Source of the DNA: Paraphysomonas bandaiensis
Taxonomy: Eukaryota > Protista > Chrysophyceae
Length of the DNA stretch: 64,000 nt
Direction of reading: 5' to 3'
Assembly (NCBI GenBank): GCA_965644295.1
Contig: CBFFRP010000025.1
Coordinates: forward strand, 124,001-188,000
Position 1 is the first letter of the stretch. Each line of letters begins with the position of its first letter. The position numbers were made by a program, and so were the translations under genes. Shown one piece after another: positions 25,161 through 38,939 of this stretch. Below the pieces are notes generated by a model that did no database searches, was not told the DNA's origin, and worked only from the letters and a program-made list of their open reading frames with translations.

Positions 25161-26846
25161 CTGTAGAGAAGAACAACTAGAGAAAACTATTGCGTTGAAT
25201 AGGTGGGCACTTCAACAGAATCTGAGGGGTGTATCCGGCATATATATGCATATGTGATGAGTGCAGCTCTGTCATGCTGTTTGCGGCACATCCTCGTGCG
25301 TCTGTACCATCTAAAAACTGGCATTTCATAAATATCCATTTTCAAAAGCAGCATTTTCCTATAAAAAACAGGTTTATGGAGGATTTCCCCCCTAAAAATC
25401 TGCGTATACTCAGAATTCATGCAGGATGCTAGGCGGTCCTTCTATTAGACTGTCTGTGTATCCATGAGCTCATAGCTAGTTCTTCATGCCATGCTGCTGG
25501 TTGTTGATTTAGCTGGTGAAAGGTATGGTTAAGTGGCAAGCTTACAGGAGAGTTCAGAGATAGCAGAGTGGATTCCATGACCATGACTGTCGTATAACGC
25601 CAGCGGACTATACGATGGAGCGCATATGAATATATCCACATGCGGCCGGAGCTGACGATCACATGAGCTGCTAAGACGAACCCCGCCTGTAACTCCACTG
25701 GAGTGCATAGCAAGAGGCATATATAACATGCGGCATGTATGTATGAAACTATGTGAGAAGAGCGACGGATTGAACCCTGCACTGTGCGATGAGACTCGCC
25801 CGTATATACACAGACACGCGAGTGACTTCAATCCGCTCTTCATAGCATTATGATCATATGTTTTGATGGTTCTTTCAGTTGTTGGGATAGTGCCTGTGTT
25901 GTATTATATTCACAGTGGAACTGAAAATATGGTGCATGATTGCAGTTAACAGCAACAAGTCCGCTGTGAAGTATCTACAAATCAAATGATTTTTCAGTCT
26001 TTGTTTGCTGAAAAGAAAATGTATATTGTGTCTTAAATCGTTGTATGACTCCGTATTCAAACCTCAGCTACTGGACAGAGATATCTGGATGATAATATTT
26101 ACTATTGACTACGCCATATAATACTTGGTCACTGGTATCGCCCACCTATCGTTAAACGAATTATTGATATGATAGAAAGTTCGTAATTAATAACATTAAT
26201 TTCGCGATTTCAACCCCTGTACATACATTACACTCTACAATTATTATTCCATCTATAATAGGGTATTATTGGTACAACACAAGGAGGGCCCTTAACTTAT
26301 TCTTAATAACATAGTCAATAGCTACCTTAGTACGTGTGCCGTACAAGGATTGCTATTAAAAAAGGTGGTAAAAAAAAGGTGGAAACTATTGACACTATCA
26401 AATGATTCGTGTATATAGCAATATGCAATATTCAGTGAATATTTGTCCGGAATATTATTCACAACACGATAAAAGAATGAGACATGCCACGGATTATAGT
26501 TGGTAGACACGGTGTAACATTCATCATGAAGCCACGAACTCTATATCTGAGCTTTTCACTTGCAAAAATTGTATGTTAATTTCTATATTTGATAACGTGC
26601 AATGCGTTTAGACAAATAATCATTACTTGATATTACCCACGAATGATACAGTTATAATCCATGTACATCTATAAGATATTGTAAATTATGTCGCATAATC
26701 TATATTTTCCTTGGCACTGATGCCTTTATATTATAAGCATCATATATTAAGGGATATTCAATATATAGTACCAAATACTTAAATGGAGAAACAACACCTT
26801 TACGAGGAAAAAAAAGGGGAAACAATAAAACAGTCCACTAGAGAGG

Positions 26847-29800
26847 TTAGGACATACCGGTAGAACTATCGGACATGTACGCCAAATTATATCTCAAATC
26901 AGGAGGGGTATCAGGGCGCGTACCAAGTGCTGAAACAGGAATATTATAATCTATAAAAGCTGTAGCATCATCGCTGTTGTCACTTAGCCACGATATTTCT
27001 TGTATATGATACGTTGGTTGACTTTCACTACTGTCATCATCACTAGGACTGTACGAGGAAACTAGCCTCTCGTTACAATATGAGGATGTGGCGGAAACAC
27101 TCACTGGTACAGGTGAGACTGCTCGCACCACATTGCTTTTCTCTGCATCTTGAGGTGAAATTGGAACCTCATCACAATGATTCAAATGACATGTAGCTGA
27201 AGATATTTCTTTAGGTATCACATGTGTGCGGGACACTTTCTTTTTGTGGTTCCACGAGAGAATCATTTCTCGAATTATGACAGTAAAAATTATTGCACCC
27301 AGTGTCATTACCAATTTTGCATGTGCGTGAAAGTAAAACGCCAAAGTGAACACCACACCGATACATAGGGGCTGCAACAAGTGAATAGCAAGTTTCTGCC
27401 TCCACACTTGCACTGAGGCCAGATACAACATCATTGTAGTACATATGGATGCTGTGCTGATACGATAGACAGAGGAGGCCATCGCGTGTAACGGCTGCTG
27501 CGTCAAATACGATCCAGACATACTCAGTGAGACAGGTGGAAAAAATGTGTGATACGACCGAACAATAGACGCCGCCAAGGTGCAGGGAAAATGTTCAGCT
27601 ATACGATTCGATACGAAAAAATAATATGCTGTGTTAAAGATTGGCAAGGTTTCGGCATCGTCGAGTAGTATATTCTCCGCTAGCTTATCAAGTATAGTAT
27701 ACAGTTGTCGAATTCCATCAAAAGCCAGACCAGGAATCCTGAAGTGAACCCACACACATTCCGATGTAGAAAATATAGCTACTTCAACAGCAGAGAGAAG
27801 TATACTGGCATACACATACGATGCATGCCATACAGGATCGTGAATTGCTGCTATCTGCATTACGAATAGCACAAACACAACATTGGTCACAAATACAATT
27901 GAGCACGCGAGCACTCGTGCCACGGGGTTAAAATTTCGAAAATGCTTAAAACTGCATTGCATTCATTAGTACACACACGAATATAACGAAATATGTTTAC
28001 ATACTCTGTTTTCAATTTTCGAAAAAGAAGACGACCATCTGAACTTGCTCTTCCCAAAAAATCAATGAAGAAAGCATGCAATATTTCCAATCCGATTCGA
28101 GAATCAGAGGCACCCCTCAAAGTATTCAGCTTCATACGAGAGATTTCCTCAACAAGATGCAACTCAGATTCAATTCTTCTTTGTTGGCGGGAAAAACAAA
28201 GAATGTCTTCAAATGGTGAATATAAGGTTTCAAAGCGCTGAGTCTGGGGGTTCCATCTACAAAATACCAATTAGTTACATCTTGAATAATACACCAGTTA
28301 CCAACCCCCACTCATTCGCCAACTTAATTTTTTCTTCCTCTGACAATTCTTTGTACATGGAGTTAAACATTGTAGAAAATGAAGACAAATCACGATCATT
28401 ATTTTCGCACACAAATTCTTGATTGCTTGTAAAAGATTTTAAATGTTCTAGTCTTTCCCGCATTGTAAGATGAGTGCCGCAACGATAATTCAAATGACTT
28501 GCCCGTTGCTCGATATGCTCCTTGTAGGCACGTGTAGCGGCGGCATGTGCAGTTAAAAAGCTGTCCGGCATGCGGCAATATATCCCACCATTGGATAAAT
28601 ATGAAAGTATATTCGAGTATATGGAGCCAAGGCTCGATTTCTTGGTATGACAACTAGAGTTTACGTTGTTCGTCAACAAAGTACCTTCTCCAGGAGATTT
28701 CGCGTGTGAATCTTGACAAGTTGGGGCACATATAACATCATCAAATAAATAATCCAACAAAATAATTGCTGGGGATGTCACAATCGATGTTATAATACAG
28801 ATGAAAGCTATCACCTAGAAATATAAACCACTCAAAAAAATATAATAATGGAAGAAAATACATGACAGCGGTTACCTCTAATCGCATCACAGGTGGATTG
28901 AAATCGCATGATTCAACACCGCGGTGACCGTCAATGCTCCATGTGCACATCCTGTAAGGGTGATACGAAAACGAAAAGGACGTTCCTTCTAAGCATTTTT
29001 CCTCGGTTGTAAATACAGAGCACATACTGTTAGATGAGGGATACTGTGAGCAATGTTAAAGCGGTTACACTGAACGCATAGATTAATATCATACCTCTAT
29101 ATTTAACAGAATACCAAGTATCCACATCTGGAGCATAATCACGGATATCATATGCCAAATATATGGAACTATACACCAATTACAACTCAATCTGGAATAA
29201 ATAACACCCGAAAAGCGATGATGGCACCGTAGCTCACGGAAAACTGATCGCCAGGTTAGCCTATACTCTGGACGAAAGGCGTGAGGCAGCGCCTCCATAA
29301 GATAAGCTACAATCTCCCCCTTGGCAGTAGCTGTGTCATGGGTACAGACATTGCCAACTGGAACAACTTTGCCCATATTTTCGACCCTTCCTGATACCGA
29401 CCGAACCCGCCCGCGCAATCGACTGGAACTCAACGCCAACACCGTAACCATCAAGCCGACTCCGAAGATAAAGAGCAGATAGCCACCAACAACATTGAAA
29501 TCTGAAACAGCGAGAGAGGAAACCGACGCAACTGAAAAGTGAAAACGAACAACACTGGAAATTTTTGTTGTATCTATGCTGGGTTCAACAGTTCGGAACT
29601 CACTAGAAATACTGGATGGTTCAGGGCTCACTATAGAAAGATCCCCGCTTGGTACTGCAGAAGGGACTCCACTCGGACAACAGGTTGGTTCTGTGCTTGG
29701 TACTACCGTGGGAACCCCACTGGGAGAAGTAGATGGTGCCGCACTAGGAACTGAAGTAGGTAACACACTCGGAGTACAGGTTGGTATTGTACTCGGTTCT

Positions 29801-32800
29801 CCACTGGGAGAATTAGATGGTAACACACTTGGTATTGAAGTAGGTTCGCTACTTGGATCCCCGCTTGGTACTGCAGAAGGGACTCCACTCGGACAACAGG
29901 TTGGTTCTGTGCTTGGTACTACCGTGGGAACCCCACTGGGAGAAGTAGATGGTGCCGCACTAGGAACTGAAGTAGGTAACACACTCGGAGTACAGGTTGG
30001 TATTGTACTCGGTTCTCCACTGGGAGAATTAGATGGTAACACACTTGGTATTGAAGTAGGTTCGCTACTTGGATCCCCGCTTGGTACTGCAGAAGGGACT
30101 CCACTCGGACAACAGGTTGGTTCTGTGCTTGGTACTACCGTGGGAACCCCACTGGGAGAAGTAGATGGTGCCGCACTAGGAACTGAAGTAGGTAACACAC
30201 TCGGAGTACAGGTTGGTATTGTACTCGGTTCTCCACTGGGAGAATTAGATGGTAACACACTTGGTATTGAAGTAGGTTCGCTACTTGGATCCCCGCTTGG
30301 TACTGCATAAGGGACTCCACTCGGACAACAGGTTGGTTCTGTGCTTGGTACTACCGTGGGAACCCCACTGGGAGAATAAGATGGTGCCGCACTAGGAACT
30401 GATGTAGGTAACACACTCGGAGTACAGGTTGGTATTGTACTCGGTTCTCCACTGGGACGAACAGATGGTACTTCACTTGGTACTGAGGTTGGTTCTCCAC
30501 TCGGAGCCCCACTTGGAACTGATGAAGGCTCTCGAATAGGAGTATTGGAGGGTACTGCAGTTGGTTCTACACTGGGACAAACAGATGGTACTTCACTTGG
30601 TACTGAGGTTGGTTCTCCACTCGGAGCCCCGCTTGGAACTAAAGATGGCTCTCCACTGGGACAAACAGATGGTACTTCACTTGGTACTGAGGTTGGTTCA
30701 CTACTCGGAGCCCCACTTGGAACTGAAGTAGGTTCTCGAATAGGAGTATTGGAGGGTACCGCAGTTGGCTCTCCACTGGGACAAACAGATGGTACTTCAC
30801 TTGGTACTGAAGTAGGTTCACTACTCGGAGCCCCACTTGGAACTGATGAAGGCTCTCGAATAGGAGTATTGGAGGGTACTGCAGTTGGTTCTACACTGGG
30901 ACAAACAGATGGTACTTCACTTGGTACTGAGGTTGGTTCACTACTCGGAACCCCACTTGGAACTGAAGAAGGTTCTCGAATGGGATTATTGGAGGGTACT
31001 GCAGTTGGTTCTCCACTGGGACAAACAGATGGTACTTCACTTGGTACTGAGGTTGGTTCACTACTCGGAGCCCCACTTGGAACTGAAGAAGGTTCTCGAA
31101 TAGGAGTATTGGAGGGTACCGCAGTTGGTTCTACACTGGGACAAACAGATGGTACTTCACTTGGTACTGAAGTAGGTTCACTACTCGGAGCCCCACTTGG
31201 AACTGATGAAGGCTCTCGAATAGGAGTATTGGAGGGTACTGCAGTTGGTTCTACACTGGGACAAACAGATGGTACTTCACTTGGTACTGAGGTTGGTTCT
31301 CCACTCGGAGCCCCAGTTGGAACTAAAGATGGTTCTCCACTGGGACAAACAGATGGTACTTCACTTGGTACTGAGGTTGGTTCACTACTCGGAGCCCCAC
31401 TTGGAACTGAAGAAGGTTCTCGAATAGGAGTATTGGAGGGTACCGCAGTTGGCTCTCCACTGGGACAAACAGATGGTACTTCACTTGGTACTGAGGTTGG
31501 TTCTCCACTCGGAGCCCCGCTTGGAACTAAAGATGGCTCTCCACTGGGACAAACAGATGGTACTTCACTTGGTACTGAGGTTGGTTCACTACTCGGAGCC
31601 CCACTTGGAACTGAAGAAGGTTCTCGAATAGGAGTATTGGAGGGTACCGCAGTTGGCTCTCCACTGGGACAAACAGATGGTACTTCACTTGGTACTGAAG
31701 TAGGTTCACTACTCGGAGCCCCACTTGGAACTGATGAAGGCTCTCGAATAGGAGTATTGGAGGGTACCGCAGTTGGTTCTACACTGGGACAAACAGATGG
31801 TACTTCACTTGGTACTGAGGTTGGTTCTCCACTCGGAGCCCCACTTGGAACTAAAGATGGTTCTACACTGGGACAAACAGATGGTACTTCACTTGGTACT
31901 GAGGTTGGTTCACTACTCGGAGCCCCACTTGGAACTGAAGAAGGTTCTCGAATAGGAGTATTGGAGGGTACCGCAGTTGGCTCTCCACTGGGACAAACAG
32001 ATGGTACTTCACTTGGTACTGAAGTAGGTTCACTACTCGGAGCCCCACTTGGAACTGATGAAGGCTCTCGAATAGGAGTATTGGAGGGTACTGCAGTTGG
32101 TTCTACACTGGGACAAACAGATGGTACTTCACTTGGTACTGAAGTAGGTTCACTACTCGGAGCCCCACTTGGAACTGAAGAAGGTTCTCGAATAGGAGTA
32201 TTGGAGGGTACTGCAGTTGGTTCTACACTGGGACAAACAGATGGTACTTCACTTGGTACTGAGGTTGGTTCTCCACTCGGAGCCCCACTTGGAACTAAAG
32301 ATGGTTCTCCACTGGGACAAACAGATGGTACTTCACTTGGTACTGAGGTTGGTTCACTACTCGGAGCCCCACTTGGAACTGAAGAAGGTTCTCGAATAGG
32401 AGTATTGGAGGGTACCGCAGTTGGCTCTCCACTGGGACAAACAGATGGTACTTCACTTGGTACTGAAGTAGGTTCACTACTCGGAGCCCCACTTGGAACT
32501 GATGAAGGCTCTCGAATAGGAGTATTGGAGGGTACTGCAGTTGGTTCTACACTGGGACAAACAGATGGTACTTCACTTGGTACTGAGGTTGGTTCACCAC
32601 TCGGAGCCCCACTTGGAACTAAAGATGGTTCTCCACTGGGACAAACAGATGGTACTTCACTTGGTACTGAAGTAGGTTCACTACTCGGAGCCCCACTTGG
32701 AACTGAAGAAGGTTCTCGAATAGGAGTATTGGAGGGTACCGCAGTTGGCTCTCCACTGGGACAAACAGATGGTACTTCACTTGGTACTGAAGTAGGTTCA

Positions 32801-35592
32801 CTACTCGGAGCCCCACTTGGAAATGATGAAGGCTCTCGAATAGGAGTATTGGAGGGTACTGCAGTTGGTTCTACACTGGGACAAACAGATGGTACTTCAC
32901 TTGGTACTGAGGTTGGTTCACCACTCGGAGCCCCACTTGGAACTAAAGATGGTTCTCCACTGGGACAAACAGATGGTACTTCACTTGGTACTGAGGTTGG
33001 TTCACTACTCGGAGCCCCACTTGGAACTGAAGAAGGTTCTCGAATGGGAGTATTGGAGGGTACTGCTGTTGGTTCTACACTGGGACAAACAGATGGTACT
33101 TCACTTGGTACTGAGGTTGGTTCTCCACTCGGAGCCCCAGTTGGAACTAAAGATGGTTCTCCACTGGGACAAACAGATGGTACTTCACTTGGTACTGAGG
33201 TTGGTTCACTACTCGGAGCCCCAGTTGGAACTGAAGAAGGTTCTCGAATAGGAGTATTGGAGGGTACCGCAGTTGGCTCTCCACTGGGACAAACAGATGG
33301 TACTTCACTTGGTACTGAAGTAGGTTCACTACTCGGAGCCCCACTTGGAACTGATGAAGGCTCTCGAATAGGAGTATTGGAGGGTACTGCAGTTGGTTCT
33401 ACACTGGGACAAACAGATGGTACTTCACTTGGTACTGAGGTTGGTTCACCACTCGGAGCCCCACTTGGAACTAAAGATGGTTCTCCACTGGGACAAACAG
33501 ATGGTACTTCACTTGGTACTGAAGTAGGTTCACTACTCGGAGCCCCACTTGGAACTGAAGAAGGTTCTCGAATAGGAGTATTGGAGGGTACTGCAGTTGG
33601 TTCTACACTGGGACAAACAGATGGTACTTCACTTGGTACTGAGGTTGGTTCTCCACTCGGAGCCCCACTTGGAACTAAAGATGGTTCTCCACTGGGACAA
33701 ACAGATGGTACTTCACTTGGTACTGAGGTTGGTTCACTACTCGGAGCCCCACTTGGAACTGAAGAAGGTTCTCGAATAGGAGTATTGGAGGGTACCGCAG
33801 TTGGCTCTCCACTGGGACAAACAGATGGTACTTCACTTGGTACTGAAGTAGGTTCACTACTCGGAGCCCCACTTGGAACTGATGAAGGCTCTCGAATAGG
33901 AGTATTGGAGGGTACTGCAGTTGGTTCTACACTGGGACAAACAGATGGTACTTCACTTGGTACTGAGGTTGGTTCACCACTCGGAGCCCCACTTGGAACT
34001 AAAGATGGTTCTCCACTGGGACAAACAGATGGTACTTCACTTGGTACTGAGGTTGGTTCACTACTCGGAGCCCCACTTGGAACTGAAGAAGGTTCTCGAA
34101 TGGGAGTATTGGAGGGTACTGCTGTTGGTTCTACACTGGGACAAACAGATGGTACTTCACTTGGTACTGAGGTTGGTTCTCCACTCGGAGCCCCAGTTGG
34201 AACTAAAGATGGTTCTCCACTGGGACAAACAGATGGTACTTCACTTGGTACTGAGGTTGGTTCACTACTCGGAGCCCCAGTTGGAACTGAAGAAGGTTCT
34301 CGAATAGGAGTATTGGAGGGTACCGCAGTTGGCTCTCCACTGGGACAAACAGATGGTACTTCACTTGGTACTGAGGTTGGTTCACTACTCGGAGCCCCAC
34401 TTGGAACTGAAGAAGGTTCTCGAATAGGAGTATTGGAGGGTACCGCAGTTGGCTCTCCACTGGGACAAACAGATGGTACTTCACTTGGTACTGAGGTTGG
34501 TTCCCCACTCGGAGCCCCAGTTGGAACTAAAGATGGTTCTCCACTGGGAGGAACAGACGGTACTTCACTTGGTACTGAGGTTGGTTCACTACTTGGTATT
34601 GTAGTAGGAACACTACTCGGTGATGTGGTCGGATGTAGTGTTGGGGTATGCGTCGGCATTTTCGTCGGTGCGGCGGTTGGAAGGGCAGTTGGAAATTCGC
34701 ACTCTCGTGAAGTGACTTGAGTAATATAAAAAGTTGTCAAACTTGTGATTGCGCAGAGGCCTAATGGGAAACCGGGATCAAAACTATTGAATTGCATATG
34801 TAGCAGTCTTAGTTTGGTTAAACTAGTTAGAGAGTTAGGTATTGAGCCGGTGAGAGAATTACCATTAAGCCACATGTAACTGAGTCGAGTTAGTCCTCCT
34901 ATACTACCTGGAATGGTATGAGTGAGCTGGTTACCCTGAAGAGCCAAGAAAGTCAATGACGTTGCATCCCCGATCTCCGAAGGAATACTACCAGCTAATG
35001 AGTTCAAAGCAAGATGGAGATAAGTCAATTCGCTCATGTCACCAATTTGAGTTGGGATGCTTCCCGTAAGCATATTGCTATACAGATGTAAGTAAGACAA
35101 TGAGGCCATCCCTCCAATAGAAGACGGCACCACCCCAGTGATAGAATTAGAATGTACAATAAAAGATTTCAGATCACTGAGGCTGGAAATGGATTGCGGG
35201 ATCGATCCCACAATACTCTTCGAATTCAGGTCAATTGACGTAATCACTGAGCCTGTACATACGATGCCAGTCCATGAACATTTATTAGCAACATCTCCGC
35301 AAGACCATCCACTTGGCACTTTTGCATTAACATTTGTAGAAGATATAAAGTCACACAAGAAGGTGTTCTCGGTATCACCGTAACTTGTAACGTAAAATCC
35401 TTTGAAAAGAGTGCGTGACGTATACTGTGAGCCCGAAAGTGATTCAGGAATTACTCCTACAATCAAATACATATGCTCATAAACTATAGTATAAAATATG
35501 ACTACTATACCTCGACTAGAAGCAATGGTGACACAATAGTTTAATTCCCAAATAGTTAATATAACGCAAAGAGAAAAGTGTTGCAGTCTCAT
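26847..35592 (-). CDS. Giant receptor-like surface protein: signal peptide, plant-type LRRs, ~1700-aa Pro/Ser/Thr tandem stalk, multi-pass TM C-terminus; multi-exon
   Basis: CSWTGIVC LRR cap and repeated LxxNxLtGsIP motifs; P-x-x-x array; downstream hydrophobic exons joined by GT-AG introns (e.g. TGG GG|gttggt..tag|A TGG and ACA GA|gtatgt..gcag|T TTT). Confidence 0.82.
29640..34690. repeat. Coding minisatellite with 12-bp base period, organised in 216-bp, 120-bp and 84-bp units
   Basis: About four 72-aa units at ~29.6-30.45 kb; interleaved 40-aa and 28-aa units at ~30.45-34.6 kb. Confidence 0.97.
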
Positions 35593-36358
35593 TGTTTATA
35601 AAGTAAAAAAAGATCTGATTCAATACACCCCTGCACGATAAAGCTCTGAGCTACTTATACGATCAGTAGATACTCACGATATACAGTAAAGTCATTGAAT
35701 TATATATGAAACAGTTCATCGGTTCATATTCCAGCAGGACGCATATCATTATAATGACACAGTGATATGTGAAGGAGCTTGTGTTGATTTATATTCATAC
35801 GAGGATTTGAAGGAGCTTGTCACGACCACACCAGCAGCGCATATCTGGCTGGTTCGGTACACTTCCTCTACTTTCTATGATACGACACTCAGCAAGTGCA
35901 CTGAAGCTACGTGCTGAACAATACAAACGTGGACACTTTGTCCTTCAGTGGAATACAGTCAGAGTACAGATTAAATACGTAGTCGACATAATACAAAAAG
36001 TGTACACACGTCATCATACATACAGGCCGAGGGGTATCGGTGGTTTGCAAAAAAAAAACTTGTAGTTCTTGCATGCAAAGTTCCGATGAGGCGCAAAAAA
36101 CCTGGATTTTTTTGCTTACACGGCAGCTGATATCCTCTATCCAGAATATACTGTACTGTACAGCTGCACCTTCAGCAGCCAGCATATATAAATACCACTC
36201 AGATGACAAGCAGGACTTAAAACTTGCAACAAAGCGGCCTGCACATTAGCTGTAATTGTTGTACAAGAGTAATCATAACATAGTTTAATCTCATTCACAT
36301 CTGTATAGCTGATTTTATCGTTTAATTTTGTTGATTTTGACTATTTCCACTATTCATT

Positions 36359-37571
36359 ATGGATCAGCGAATCCTTCATATAGCTCTTGGCATGGTGTTC
36401 TCTGACCTGGATAGAAATTCGCGCGCGGTGCGACATGATGATCACATTGCAGTGGAGGCTGAAGGCGATATTAGTTTGACAGTGAGGGTGTTTTGGCCCG
36501 ACGTGTTCCAGCGAATGAGGGATAAATTTCATATTACATTGGGAGAAATTCGCGATGAATTAGAGCATGGACCATTAGTTGTTAGCGAATTAGCGGGAGA
36601 GTGTGATTCTGGTTGTTTGTTTTCTGCTCGCGAGCGTATAGTCGTGCGAGGGTTGTCATCAGATGAGTACGCCATGTTTCGTGATACGTTTGAAGCCTTT
36701 TCATCATATACCTTGGAGCAGGATGAAACGCTTTTACCACTTCATATTGCATTTTTTCGAATAGAAACAAGCATAAAGCTCAAAACCAAGTCGCAATATT
36801 TTACAGTTAGTCGGTCACTATTTCCCAGGCAGAATCACGAGCATCTGTTTTTCCTAGATCTGAAAGGGTGCTCTACACGGGCCCGCACGGAGGAGGGGGG
36901 TATACTAAAGGACGGGGATGTGACATGGGAGCATGAGATGTCTTTTACACAACAGGAGCGAGAAGATGTATTGCGTGTGCTAAAAAATGATGTTCATTTC
37001 CTCCAGAACTTAAACATGACAAACTACTCCCTGATGGTTGCCATCACGAAACGGTATGTACAGACGAGTCTGCAACTACCTGGACAGCCCTACGGGCCCG
37101 ACGCGAATGAGAATGAGTCTGATGACCACAAGAAGACCCTTCCGATTCGTCACGACCTCGCTGATGGGGCAAAGGCTATCCGGGCTGACCTGGTTCCAAA
37201 GCCAAGGTTCTGTGACGAGCACCCAGAGTGGTTAGTTCCCACCACCATTTTACCATACGATTATAATATTTTATCCAGGGAATACTATTTTGGATTAATT
37301 GATGTTCAGACTCCATTTAAAACTAAGGCTAAAATAGCCAGGTAATTGCTAGATATTCACGTATATTGCTATGGTCTGTAATTTTTTGTGTAAACAGAGC
37401 TTTCCGCATTGCAATGGGTGCAAGCAAAGAAGATATATCCAATATGCCACCGCTGGAATATGGCGAGAGATTCATTAACTTCATGGAGTCTACGGTAACA
37501 AATTATAATTTCAATTTAGGTAGGCTTAGTATTTTATACAGATTTTCCCCAGTTACTTTGAGGAAGGGTGA
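36359..37571 (+). CDS. Phosphatidylinositol-phosphate kinase (PIP5K-fold) homologue, probable pseudokinase; 3 exons
   Basis: FWPDVFQRMRDKF, LDLKGCS, ILKDGD, DVHFLQNLNMTNYSLMVAI, YYFGLIDVQT, ISNMPPLEYGERFINFM; introns near 37342-37398 and 37494-37541. Confidence 0.82.
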
Positions 37572-38020
37572 TGCACACAGACTTCAAATGCATGTTGCTT
37601 GTGGTGTGTTGCTTGGTATATCACCTTTCAGTGGCTGTTATAGCGACGCATCTGTAGCAAGTGTATAGTTTGTGTGTTGGTGCCATCGATTAACGTGATT
37701 TCTAATGGATAATTACAATTACATGTATAACCGGTAGACGATCTGGTAATCACATACCGTAGTGCTATTTTTTGTGACCACATCGTGTTTGATGGCATGC
37801 TGCAACAGCTCCACCCATAACCCTTCTTTTGCTTCAGTACACCGTACACCCTTCCTACAGGACACTACCAACATAGCCAAGTCCCTATTGCAACCTCTTC
37901 GTTATTATCATTTATTTTCTCAAAAGAACACTCGAGCAGTGACTTCTGGTACCAGTTTATTACTACTCATATCGCCGATTTAATTACATGAATTATTATT
38001 TGAGTTAATCCTATGGATAT

Positions 38021-38814
38021 CAGGCTTGCGTAACAATTAATTGGTGACAGGTGCCCAACAATAATAATTGCAATTATTAATCAAGTATCCAATTATTGCC
38101 AATTAATTGCCTTTAATTCTATTGATAGATTTTAGAATAACTTTCTGAACTATAATCTCCTCCCAAAGAAACATCATCATTTCTAGGTGTCTAGGTGTCA
38201 TTCGCTTGCGAAAATCTAGTCATAACAATCTTAGCTCTGCTAAACAACATTTCACAAAAATTGGTAGTGCTATACAAATACTTTATGCAAGTTTGATGCG
38301 TGCTTTTTGGCGCTTTCGGTTGACCTCGTCTTCCTCCTCACCTCATCATCTTTCTTTTCAAGTTCACCTTGGTGTGCAGGTACATCGTTTATCGAAAAGC
38401 ACCTGTGCTTTTTCATCGCGGTTCAGTTCTTCTTCCCTACCGCGCTGAATTTTGACTACTGCTCTTTCGAAATTTGCACTTTGAACAATGTCCGCGTCTG
38501 CACCCAGGTGAAATTTCATCCCAGGGTACTGACCAAAAAAAACATCAAACTAGTTTATTCGATGCCATCCTGTTGAATAAATAAGAATGATAAGTATGGC
38601 TATCCACTGATTCTAGTCCATTATTGTTGTACACACACTACGAATCCTCTGTGTTAAGGTATTCTTGCACACATACATCCAAACTACTGTACGCTAACAT
38701 ATAACGGGCTTGTACCTAAGATCAGTAGCTATACATCGTAAGATGCTATATATAATTTACCAATAATAATTGAAATTATCACTTTTAAAACCAATTAATT
38801 GTTATGCAAGCCTG
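38021..38814. mobile_element. Non-autonomous hAT-like element
   Basis: TIR CAGGCTTGCGTAACAATTAATTGG matches 23/24 at the other end; flanks ATGGATAT / ATATATAT (6/8); CAATTA subterminal repeats; homologous in inverted orientation to 56296-57398. Confidence 0.85.
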
Positions 38815-38939
38815 ATATATATAATAATTATAGTCTTTCATCAATCTTCGATTATTTCAGATTTTCGCAAAAAATATGCCGCTATCTAAAAATTTTGCAG
38901 TGTAAAAAACATTATTAAACTTGGGTGCTTATTGGAAAT

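Noticed and set aside
25187-26510. Several short ORFs between the TPR gene and the giant gene
   Set aside because: No recognisable motifs or consistent exon chain.
29640-34690. CRISPR-like regular repeats
   Set aside because: Units are contiguous, in-frame coding repeats with no unique spacers, and there are no cas genes.
30545-34720. 1391-aa plus-strand ORF (and 29576-30310)
   Set aside because: Antisense shadow of the P-x-x-x array; it is open only because the repeat unit lacks stops, and it ends at the array edges.
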